DNA of 64,000 nt from the NCBI RefSeq assembly GCF_963506605.1, contig NC_083276.1:31124001-31188000 (forward strand), in the 5' to 3' direction. Source of the stretch: Zootoca vivipara (lineage: Eukaryota). The notes beneath the pieces are model-generated. The model was given only the letters and a program-made list of their open reading frames with translations. It searched no databases and had not been told where the DNA came from. A program made the translations under genes and the position numbers. Positions 37,668-63,629 of this stretch are shown in pieces (within the stretch, counting starts at the first letter, position 1; each line of letters opens with the position of its first letter).

Positions 37668-39554
37668 TGTTACATATGCTACAATTAAAAGAAAAGCTTG
37701 GGATATTTCTATCTCTCTCCTTCAAAATGTGGAATATTTTGTACCCTGAAATATTTCAGCTGTTGGAGATTGTTAAAATCTCAGCAGTGGCTGCTCCACA
37801 CAGCCCATAAAATTTCACTCCATTCAATCCAGTCCAGTCCAGGCACTTACCTCCACAAAGTATTCAGAAGCTCACCTCTTCAAGCTCCTCTCTTTTCAAT
37901 ACTCTACAATGAATTTCTGTGTTTTACAGGGGCCCTGCTGTCTCAAAAGCTATATACAGTACACACCATTTGTGTTAAATTAAATCACCTCACATGGATT
38001 TGTTTATGTAAGACATAAGTTTTGTAAAGTTTTTTTTTATTCAAGTCTACTTTAGAAACTTGTATACCATTGCTACACATTTTATTTTTTAAAAAAAGTT
38101 TATAAAAATACAGATATATATACACACACATTAGTGTTCTTCATGCCTGTTCATTTGTGGAAAGCCTCTACCTTCCAGTAGACTCCCATCTTTAGAAAAA
38201 AGGGATGTTAAGCTATGCACAGCAAGATATTCTTACCTAGAGTTCACATTAAAAACACAAAATCAAGTATCATCTCTACTGTAGTCCTAGAACATGATCA
38301 AAAGATATAATATTGTGGCTTTTTCTACTCATTGCTATAGACGCTAAACAGTATAGAGCACTTCATTAATATAGCAAGAGCCTATTTTGTGTTGCATAAT
38401 TCCTAGCTAGAGATGGAAACTCTTTAAACTTTTTGTCTTTTATTGGCATCTGTAACCTGGAGTGTAATTGGGGGAAGCAAAACCCGGTTTCAGTCATTTG
38501 TACAATTCTTATTTTGTGTATATATTTCATAGATTTACATTTTCAGAATTTAACCACAGAATTCATTATCCACAGTACAGCATTATAAGCTAGTTCTCTT
38601 CTTACTCCCCACCCCACCCCACCCCAGCCAAAAAAAAAAAAGGAAAAAGGAAACCTGGTTCACAAATCAGCAGGTCTTCGACATTTTAGGCAAAATTTGA
38701 TACATAATTGATGTATTGGAGTCATTACCATGAATGGGACACAAAATACAAGTTAATTACAGAATGCAAACCATGATCTCTTACATGACCTAAAAGAATT
38801 GTACTCTCAAATCTGGTCTTGCATAAAGTTTTGTGGTTTTTTTAAACCCAATATACCTATATATAGCAGTGTTCCTGGCATCCTAGAAAAGTGAAAAAAT
38901 ACTGATAGATGGTAGGATGCATGCAGGTGTAAAGAATAAGCTCATGTTGATAAATATTACTACCTCCAGTGACAAATATCTGAGTGGACCTGGATGGGAA
39001 AGGCAATAAAAATAATAAAATAGGCATGAGATCAGAGGGTGACAATGAATAGTGCTTCGCAGACACACAAGACCTAATACTTGAAGAGAGTGGGGTGTCT
39101 GAGCATGTGCGAAGAGGGAGCCTGATCTACATTTCCATTTTATCAAATACACATACAACATGCATTGCAGAGAATAAATCCTGAGAACGTGTGACACGAA
39201 TACCACAGCAAATTATTAGTTTAAAAGAAGGATCAATAATATCTGCATTTTTAAAAGATCCTATGAGGGTCCAAACGCTCTCAACCTCATCTACTTACAA
39301 GGGAATAGAAAATTGTCAGTGCTTTGTATTACTGATAAAAAGTTTTTTTAAAAAATAGTCCAGTTTTTTGTAGCCTGGAAATAACAGCTACGTTGAATCC
39401 TCTTCTCTTCCTCTTGAGTGCTACACACGGAAGTTCATGTATCCCTTCCTTGCCCACCCCCCAAAGCCTTCAATGGAAGCATCATCAGGGACTTTGCCAA
39501 GCCATCACTGCTTTCTTCAAGGAGCGGTTTCTCTGCAGGTGAAAAATATGCTCT

Positions 39555-55717
<16,163 letters not shown>

Positions 55718-57849
55718 TTTGCTTTTATCAAGATGTAATCCTTTGTCAGTTCCAGACACTCTTTATTGCAGAATTGCCTTCTGTTGAAAAAGAAAACAAA
55801 ATGTGAATTCCTGCTCACGCTGTGCACCTCACTGACCATGAAGTTCATCACTAAGTCTAGAATGGGGAATTGTTAACATTGAGAGAGCCTCAACTTCTGA
55901 AATATCTGCATCAAAGGTAATTCCAAAAGTCTTTATTCATTCTTTCATTGAAACCATATTTCCTATCCTCCCTAGCCCCAGCATGGAAAAATGGCATGTT
56001 ACTGTCCTCAAGCTCAAGGTAATACACAACGTCCTCAATCAGTCACAAAATGAGCAGCCTTCCGTCAAAAAACAACTTACCCAAGCCTTCTCAAATGTAA
56101 CAGCAGTTCCTTTGAACTCACTCAGATGCACAACACAGAATCTGCATGATGCTGATTGGCAGCAAGATGGCCAGCAGCTATATTTTATTTATTTTAACAT
56201 TAATGCACTGCCAATGTCGCTCCATGGAGCCCTCAGGATGTCCATTTCTAGGTAGAATACAAAAGACAGAAAAAACAGAACTCAGTAGAAGCTAACACCT
56301 CCTAAAGGAAGTTTATTTAATACACTGGGCATGCTTGTGACATTTCCTGTTGTCAAATGCTGTGACATACTATCCAACTTTCCATAAAACAGATCTACAT
56401 TGAAGTCTCTGTCCAAGTAAATTCTGAACCTTTAAAGAAAAGCAATTAGGACATGTGAATAAAACATATTTTCTAGTATTTTAAAGAACTCCAAAATTCT
56501 AGAGAACAGTTTCAAATAGTACTATAACTTGGACCCAACATGTGCAGAATGCTTCTTTTCTTGATACAAGGGAAGTTGCCGCCAAATTCTGTGAGTACCC
56601 TGAGCCCCACTTCTTGCCATTTCAGAAGGTCCTTAAACCCTTATGAGCTTTTTGGGATTGCAGGGAGCAATATCTATGGAAGTCCCATTGTGCAAGTGGG
56701 GGTGTCCTCACACTTCTTTGGATCCAACCTGAAACATTTTTTCCCCAAAATCCTCTATTTGTCTCTTTTTTAAAAAAGGAAAGCACAGATCTGAAGTGCT
56801 CATAATTATGGAATTTTGTATCCTTAAAGATAAGGCATTTGCCGCCATATTTGTCATTATATTATAATATAGCTAGGGCACAGAGCTAAACCATTACTGT
56901 CTGTTAAAAGTTCCACCTATAACCCAATCCAAAAATGGCTCCGATCGAAGCCCATGTAATTTATTCCTGACTAAGTGATTACAGAACTCCAGTCTCATAA
57001 CACAATCCTGTCTATGCAAAAGTAAGTCCTAATTCATGAGGCTTACTTCCAGGCAAACAGAGCCTTGGTATATCTTGGCGATTGCTGGTAAAAGCTGAAA
57101 ACTTTACCACCTTCAATCCCTCCCAGCTCACCAAGGCTTGATGCCCTTCCACAATGCCCCATTTATCTCTGTAACTAAATGAAACCTGGGCTGAGTAACT
57201 GAAGAGGGACCATGCGCAGCTTTCCACATCCCCTGCAATGTCTCATCAGAGATCTGGGTGACCATCCTCAATACTGGGGGGTCGGGTCCCCCTGACACTC
57301 CAGAGATGTTTTGTGGCAGGCTGAACAAGGCTGAGGACCTCCTTGCGGAAGCCCATGTTTGTATAAAATAACATGCAATTTTATATTTGCTTCTGTGTAC
57401 TGAATGCACAAATTGTTTTATCATATTTGAACGGAATTCTACAATAGCCAAGGATGATATTCAAAACTCCAGAGGGCTAATGTAGAGTGTGGGTCATCAA
57501 TATCCAGACATTCAGGGAGAAGTAAAATCTGCCCATTCTGCTACTTCAATCTCCCCCCACCTCACTTCTTTACACTTTCTTCTATCATCAAGCTGGACAG
57601 ACTAAACACAACATTCCATCTGTTCCAGCATGGTATTCATTGCAGCCTAGTTTGATTCAACCATTCTCACTAAAACCATTTCAGAATTCCACCCTCAAAA
57701 TAACAAGTTGAACCAAATCCAAACACAACCAGGTGTGAACACACACTAGTATAACCTGAGCCACTCTGTCGCAAATCACCAAGCTTCTTCGGCACACCTG
57801 CTTCAAGGGATCGTCTCTATGATGAACAACTAACTGATAACAGAATCCT

Positions 57850-58002
57850 CTAATCAAATGCTTCTTCCCGTAGGGCAAGGAGGGGAAACCAGATATCCTC
57901 CAGCTTCATGTTCCAGTAGCAGCAGCCAGCAAAGGCAACAGCCAGGAACAAGACCAGTCGTAGTCCTACCGGTACTACTTCCAGGGTCCAGAAGTTCCCC
58001 AT
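57850..58002 (-). CDS. Candidate small ORF (50 aa, one hydrophobic helix) in the PROSER1 5' region
   Basis: aatATGG start; MGNFWTLEVVPVGLRLVLFLAVAFAGCCYWNMKLEDIWFPLLALREEAFD-TAG; preceded by an acceptor-like TTTTTCGCTTAG ending at 58030; no recognised homology. Confidence 0.25.
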   Translation of the reverse strand: MGNFWTLEVVPVGLRLVLFLAVAFAGCCYWNMKLEDIWFPLLALREEAFD

Positions 58003-58199
58003 ATTCGATATACAAGTCCCTCTGATGACCTAAGCGAAAAATTGCCCTCGTCACCAGTCCAGCACCAACAGCTTCTGCATTATGGGCTTTAAACAGACGG
58101 CTACATCAGGCAGCCGCCTTGCATTGAACGCCTATGCTAAAGGCTGCCATTCAGGGCACACGGCCTCCCCTCAATCCAATCCAGGGGGACTTGCTTTCG

Positions 58200-58870
58200 A
58201 ATAAACCTGAACAAAACCTCGTGCTCACACACGTATCGCGTTTGCTGTGACTTGAATCACACTGAGTTCAACGGGGTTTAACTCCATCCCGAGGGGGCTC
58301 GCACGACGGGTTCCGGATTAACCAAGATCTCGAAGGGCGACCCTTGCCATGCTTACTCGGCAGTAAGTCCCACTGGACTTAGCGGCGTTTACCCCTGGGA
58401 AACACGTGCTTCGGGGCTGCCGCTCTGACCGAGGGAAGCGGCTCCGGGAGTCCGCGCCCGGCGTTGCTTCAAGGCTGCAGCACCCGAAGCAGGCGGCGCA
58501 GGCAGGCCCGAAGCCCTCCTCGCCAATTATGGACGGCTCGGGGCCGCTTCGACACCCGCCTTCCCCGCACCCCTCCAGCCGGTGCTCGGCTTACCATCCG
58601 CGGCGGCCCGGCAGGCGAGGAGCGGCCCCTGGCCGGCGTCAAGGCAACCCGCGCGCAACCCCCAGCTGCCCCCACCGCACAGAGCCAAACTTCGCGACTC
58701 GTCGCCTCCTGATGACATCACCTGTCAGTCACCGCCATAAGAGTTCTTCCTCCCGCCCCTCCGTTCGGAGTGGATGCCGGGAAGGAGGAGACGCACCTGC
58801 TCCTGGAGTTAGCCCCGCCCACCCCTTTCCCACAGGAGGCTCTTAAGAGGCCGGCTGCGCCTTGTGAGGA
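58200..58870 (-). promoter_or_regulatory. PROSER1 CpG-island promoter and probable leader exon (donor at 58595/58594)
   Basis: CpG island; GC boxes near 58752 and 58813; YY1-like TATGGCGG near 58735; donor ATG|GTAAGC. The ATG-containing exon at 55780 has its own strong acceptor (TTTTCTTTTTCAACAG), which implies an upstream exon. Confidence 0.7.
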
Positions 58871-59044
58871 CTCAGATCTCTGTGTTCAGAGAGGCTTACA
58901 GGCTCCCTGGGGGCAATGTTAGAAACTGAGATATGAAAACGGAGCTCAATGGCACCTTAAACCTAAGTTATGGGCGCAACAACGAAATGTCTAGGCGTGC
59001 TTTTTTATAACAAGAATACAAAGCTGAAAATGAATGTACTGCAG

Positions 59045-59420
59045 TGTTATGTACTGAGCTGAATCCTAGAACAATAGGATTCAGAATCAGCGGGAGCTAC
59101 CCAATCCAACTCCAGGTGGAAGTGAATCCGCAACCTGATTGGCCTGCTGGAGCAGCCAATCAGGCGGCTGGCAGAAGTGAATCTGCTACCTGATTGGCCT
59201 GTAGGAGCAGCCAATCAGGCTGCAGGCAAAAGTCAATCCACAATATAATTGGCCCACAGGTGTAGCCCTGAAGTAGCCAATCACGCAAGGCCCATTGTGT
59301 AAATAATGTATATAAGCAGATGGTTTTGGGAAAAGAGCCATTCGTCTTCTCTTCTCCTCCTTGATGACTATGAGCTGAATAAAGAGCATGAAATTCACTC
59401 TTGACTCCGAGTATATTTCA
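59045..59420 (+). repeat. 5' LTR (376 bp)
   Basis: Starts TGTTAT, ends TTTCA; TATATAA about 59309, AATAAA 59378; repeated at 63630. Confidence 0.95.
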
Positions 59421-59421
59421 C

Positions 59422-59439
59422 TGGCGACGAAGGTGGGAT
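59422..59439 (+). promoter_or_regulatory. Primer-binding site complementary to the tRNA-Ser(GCT) 3' end
   Basis: TGGCGACGAAGGTGGGAT is the reverse complement of ATCCCACCTTCGTCG-CCA, the recalled 3' end of vertebrate tRNA-Ser(GCT). Confidence 0.8.
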
Positions 59440-59548
59440 CCTGCTGAGCTGACCGCCACCACGCACTGCACCGCAGCACCGCCACCTGCTGCACCGCTGC
59501 ATCGCACCGTGCATCCAGGCTTCAGCTCCAGGACCCAAGGAACCCAGA

Positions 59549-62500
59549 ATGGCAACCGACAGCAGCTTCTCGCCATTCAAACCAGCATCAGGAGACTGGG
59601 AAGGGTACGCCGCCCGTTTCAACTTCCTCCTGCAAGCGAAAGAAGTCACCAACGATGCCATGAAGAGGGCGACATTCTTCAGCGTCTGTGGAGAGGAGAC
59701 GTTTGAAATCGCCCGGGCTCTCCTTGCACCTAGAGATGTCGCTACCGTCTCTTACAAAACAATAATGGAACGGCTGAAGGAGCACTTCTCACCACAGCCC
59801 TCGGTGGTAGCTTGCCGAAATGCCTTCTACGCAAAACGGCAAGCCCCGGGGGAAACCATAACTGGGTTTGTGACCTCCCTCCGCCAAGCCGCCCGGTTAT
59901 GCAACTTCTCAGAATTGGAGAACATGCTTCGTGACCGCCTCGTCGGTGGCCTGAGGGACGAGATGTTGCAACGACGCCTCTACGCCAAAAAAGACCTCAC
60001 GTTCCAGATTGCTCTGGAGGAAGCCCTGGCAACCGAAGCCGCCGAGAGGTCAACGCAAGAGGCACGACCGGCCCCGCCATCCCAACCGAGGGTCTACCAC
60101 GAAGACCTCACCGACGAATCCGAATCTGACAGGGAGGAAGTACACCGAGTACAGCAGCGCACTCAAGCAGCACACACACCACAGCAGCCTCGACGAGAAG
60201 GAGGGAACTGTGCAAGCTGCGGGGAGAACCACGAGAGGAGGACCTGTCGTTTCCGTAACGCAGAGTGCAGGCAGTGCAGAAAATTGGGACACATCGCCCG
60301 GGTGTGTCGGGCTCGACTCACCCGTCGACAAGCATCAGATGACCGACCCAGGAGCCCCAGGTCACACGGCACCATGCACCAAGGCAACTCGACGGAGATC
60401 ACGGACTACCAGGTATTCCAGTTGCCCCATCCCAGCACAGAGAAAATTTATATAGAGGTACAGATAGAGGGAGCCCCATGCCGCATGGAGCTGGACACGG
60501 GTTCAACTCTATCCATAATCTCGGCCCGAACATTAAGGGAACTGTGCCCTAATGGGGGTCCCAAACTAAGGCCGGCCCCATTCACCCTCCGGGACTTCCA
60601 GAAACGTAAGGTCCCTACTATGGGGGTGGGGACCTTCAGGGTGCAATATCGAGGGCGAAAGCAACAATTGGACTTGCTGGTAGTTAAGGGCCCCTACGTT
60701 AGCTTACTGGGACTGGCATGGTTTGGACCTCTGGGGCTAGCCGTTACCGGGGTGAACCGCACTAGCTTACAAGTGGACGTGGACGCCATATGCAAAGAGT
60801 TTCCAGGGGTTTTCGATGGGGCATTGGGACGATATACAGGACCCCCCATTGCCCTACAGCTAGACCCCGCTGTACGACCCATCAGGCACAAGGCCCGCCG
60901 GGTCCCGTTCGCCCTGAAACCCCGCATAGACGAGGAATTGGACCGGCTCGTGGAGCAAGGAGTGCTGGAGCCGGTGCCCAACGCCCCCTGGGAAACTCCA
61001 ATTGTCACACCCGTCAAGCCTAACGGTTCGGTCCGCATCTGTGCAGACTACAAATGCACCATAAACAAGGCTCTCACGGCCCATGCATACCCAGTGCCAG
61101 TGGTCAGCCATGTCCTCGCCACCCTGGCTGGGTCAAAAATCTTTGGCAAACTGGACTTGGCCCAAGCGTATCAACAGTTGCCTGTGGACGAAGCCACAGC
61201 AGAGGCTCAGACGATTGTGACGCACAGAGGGGCATTCAGAGTAAAGCGGCTGCAATTTGGCGTTAGCGTGGCACCAGGCATATTCCAGAATCTAATGGAC
61301 TCTCTCCTTAAAGGGATTCCTGGTGTCACCCCCTTCTTCGATGATGTACTGATCGCCGGGCCCACACCAGAGGAATTTGAGGACCGCCTCCGCTCCGTCC
61401 TGCACCGTTTCCAGACGGCGGGCCTCAAGGTGAAGCGGGAAAAGTGTTTACTGGGAGTGCCGCAGGTGGACTTTCTGGGATTTAAGGTGGACGCAGAAGG
61501 GGTCCATCCAACCGGTGACAAGGTACGGGCCATTTGTGAGGCCCCAGCGCCCAAGAGCAAGCCCGAACTTCAGTCATTCTTGGGACTATTGAACTTTTAC
61601 CATGCCTTCCTTCCCCATAAGGCAGCGGTAGCGGAGCCCCTACACAGACTCCTAGATAAAAGGGCCCCTTGGGTGTGGGGCCAGCGACAAAGGGCCGCAT
61701 TCCAGGCAGTCAAGGACTTGCTCGTCTCAAACTCGGTCTTGGCACACTTCGACGAGAGGCTGCCAGTGGTGCTGGCATGCGACGCCTCTCCCTATGGCAT
61801 CGGCGCTGTCCTGGGACACCAACTCCCGGATGGAAGAGAGGTGCCGGTGGCATACTTCTCCCAGACGCTTGCTGCAGCCGAACGAAACTACTCACAGATT
61901 GACAAGGAGGGTCTGGCAATCGTGAAGGGCGTAAAAAAATTCCATGATTTCTTGTACGGGCGGCCCTTTACCATAGTGACTGACCACAAGCCGTTGCTTG
62001 GCCTGTTTGCCCCTGAGAAGCAGACCCCCCAAGTGTTGTCTCCACGTGTCCTCAGGTGGTCAATTTTCCTTGCCGGCTACCAGTATGCACTAATCCACCG
62101 CCCTGGGAAGGCGATGGGCCACGCAGACGCCCTCAGCAGGCTACCACTACCAGAAACAGGCCCCGACCCAGCGCCTGCGCAAGAGGTTATGACCCTGGAG
62201 CTGCTTCCCGACCGACCCATTCAGGCACAAGAAGTTGCGCACCATTCCACAAAAGATAGGGTCATCTCCCGGGTCCTGGACTGGGTGTGGCGAGGATGGC
62301 CCAGCAGCAGCCCCGGGCCAGAATTCGCTGGCTACACAAACCGCAAACATGAACTGTCGGCCCACAAGGGGTGCCTGTTATGGGGAAGCAGGGTTGTTGT
62401 TCCCCAGCCCCTCCGCAAAAGGGTCCTCACAGCCCTACACGAGACACACCCAGGGGTAGTGAGGATGAAGGCCCTTGCCAGGAGTTATGTGTGGTGGCCG

Positions 62501-63619
62501 GGGATTGACAGAGAGATAGAGGCCTGGGTCCAACACTGCCAGACCTGCCAAGAATCCCGCCCGGATCCCCCAAGGGCCCCAGTCCAGCCCTGGGAGTCCG
62601 CCCGACATCCATGGTCACGCTTGCACGTGGACTTCGCTGGCCCCTTCCAGGGAAAAACATTCTTCATAGTGGTGGATTCCTACACCAAATGGCTGGAGGT
62701 CGCACTGGTACCATCCACTTCTACGGCGGCAGCCATCCGGGTACTACGTAAGCTGTTTGCGACCCACGGGCTCCCTGACACCCTTGTCTCGGACAATGGA
62801 ACCGCATTCACGTCAGAGGAGTTCCAGACCTTCACAGCGCAGAACGCCATCCGCCACATCCGCTCAGCACCATTCCACCCTGCCACCAATGGCCAAGCGG
62901 AGCGCATGGTGCGGACCACCAAGGACAGCCTCCGCCGCATGACACAAGGGGACTGGGAATACCGCCTTGCTGCATTTCTTCTAGCACAGCACAGCACCCC
63001 AAGCACAACGACGGGCCGGAGCCCAGCTGAATTACTAATGGGCCGGCGCCTTGCAACTAGACTGGACCGACTTCACCCCGACAGAGCTCAGGATGAGGTA
63101 GTGGTGGGGAAGGGCAGGAACCCCCGGACATTTGTGGCCCAGGACCCAGTGTATGCAAAGAATTTTGGGGCAGGCCCAGCATGGGTACCCGCCACAGTCA
63201 CCAAGGTGACCGGTCCCGTGTCGTACGAGGTACTAACGGAAGGGGGGCAATGTTGGCGCCGCCACTGCGACCAGATACGGCGACGATTCCCAGGAGGAAC
63301 CCGGGAGGAGAGCGGGACAGAGGGGTCCCAAGGGGACAGCAGGGCAGTGAGGCCTGTAGAGCGAGAGGGGTGGGCAGAGGAAGCAGAAGCAGTAGGCACA
63401 GAGGGGCGCCCCGAGGCTGGAAGGACACCGGAACCAGAGCTACAACCTAGTGGTTCAGTGGCGCCAGACCAGACAGCCCCGGCACAGCCAGCAGCCTCGG
63501 AACACGAGCCAGAACCAGAACCCCTGACCAAGGAACACCCCAGGCCACAACGCACACGGAGGCGGCCAGCAGACCTTGGGGACTACGAATGCAACTTCCC
63601 GGGCAGGACTGGAACTTAG
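59549..63619 (+). CDS. Gag-Pol polyprotein (Gag, aspartic protease, RT, RNase H, integrase), 1356 aa, uninterrupted
   Basis: Zinc knuckles CASCGENHERRTC and CRQCRKLGHIARVC; protease LDTGS; RT KLDLAQAYQQ, LQFG, PFFDDVL; RNase H LACDASPYGIGAVL, YSQIDKE, TDHKPL; integrase HETH...CQTC and D,D,E (VDF, SDNG, AERM). Order PR-RT-RH-IN defines Gypsy. Confidence 0.97.
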   Translation: MATDSSFSPFKPASGDWEGYAARFNFLLQAKEVTNDAMKRATFFSVCGEETFEIARALLAPRDVATVSYKTIMERLKEHFSPQPSVVACRNAFYAKRQAPGETITGFVTSLRQAARLCNFSELENMLRDRLVGGLRDEMLQRRLYAKKDLTFQIALEEALATEAAERSTQEARPAPPSQPRVYHEDLTDESESDREEVHRVQQRTQAAHTPQQPRREGGNCASCGENHERRTCRFRNAECRQCRKLGHIARVCRARLTRRQASDDRPRSPRSHGTMHQGNSTEITDYQVFQLPHPSTEKIYIEVQIEGAPCRMELDTGSTLSIISARTLRELCPNGGPKLRPAPFTLRDFQKRKVPTMGVGTFRVQYRGRKQQLDLLVVKGPYVSLLGLAWFGPLGLAVTGVNRTSLQVDVDAICKEFPGVFDGALGRYTGPPIALQLDPAVRPIRHKARRVPFALKPRIDEELDRLVEQGVLEPVPNAPWETPIVTPVKPNGSVRICADYKCTINKALTAHAYPVPVVSHVLATLAGSKIFGKLDLAQAYQQLPVDEATAEAQTIVTHRGAFRVKRLQFGVSVAPGIFQNLMDSLLKGIPGVTPFFDDVLIAGPTPEEFEDRLRSVLHRFQTAGLKVKREKCLLGVPQVDFLGFKVDAEGVHPTGDKVRAICEAPAPKSKPELQSFLGLLNFYHAFLPHKAAVAEPLHRLLDKRAPWVWGQRQRAAFQAVKDLLVSNSVLAHFDERLPVVLACDASPYGIGAVLGHQLPDGREVPVAYFSQTLAAAERNYSQIDKEGLAIVKGVKKFHDFLYGRPFTIVTDHKPLLGLFAPEKQTPQVLSPRVLRWSIFLAGYQYALIHRPGKAMGHADALSRLPLPETGPDPAPAQEVMTLELLPDRPIQAQEVAHHSTKDRVISRVLDWVWRGWPSSSPGPEFAGYTNRKHELSAHKGCLLWGSRVVVPQPLRKRVLTALHETHPGVVRMKALARSYVWWPGIDREIEAWVQHCQTCQESRPDPPRAPVQPWESARHPWSRLHVDFAGPFQGKTFFIVVDSYTKWLEVALVPSTSTAAAIRVLRKLFATHGLPDTLVSDNGTAFTSEEFQTFTAQNAIRHIRSAPFHPATNGQAERMVRTTKDSLRRMTQGDWEYRLAAFLLAQHSTPSTTTGRSPAELLMGRRLATRLDRLHPDRAQDEVVVGKGRNPRTFVAQDPVYAKNFGAGPAWVPATVTKVTGPVSYEVLTEGGQCWRRHCDQIRRRFPGGTREESGTEGSQGDSRAVRPVEREGWAEEAEAVGTEGRPEAGRTPEPELQPSGSVAPDQTAPAQPAASEHEPEPEPLTKEHPRPQRTRRRPADLGDYECNFPGRTGT

Positions 63620-63629
63620 AGGGGAGGGG

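Noticed and set aside
57850-58002. Small ORF as a remnant of NHLRC3 exon 1 (both start M-x-x-F-W then hydrophobic)
   Set aside because: Similarity is weak and the strand is wrong for the head-to-head PROSER1/NHLRC3 arrangement; no downstream NHL-repeat exons seen.
58718-58738. TGA after MAVTDR read as selenocysteine or readthrough into the downstream open frame
   Set aside because: No SECIS or readthrough context identifiable; open frames are common in CpG islands.
59588-63555. Overlapping and antisense ORFs inside the gag-pol gene
   Set aside because: By-products of a GC-rich coding sequence; no env-like or other recognisable domain.
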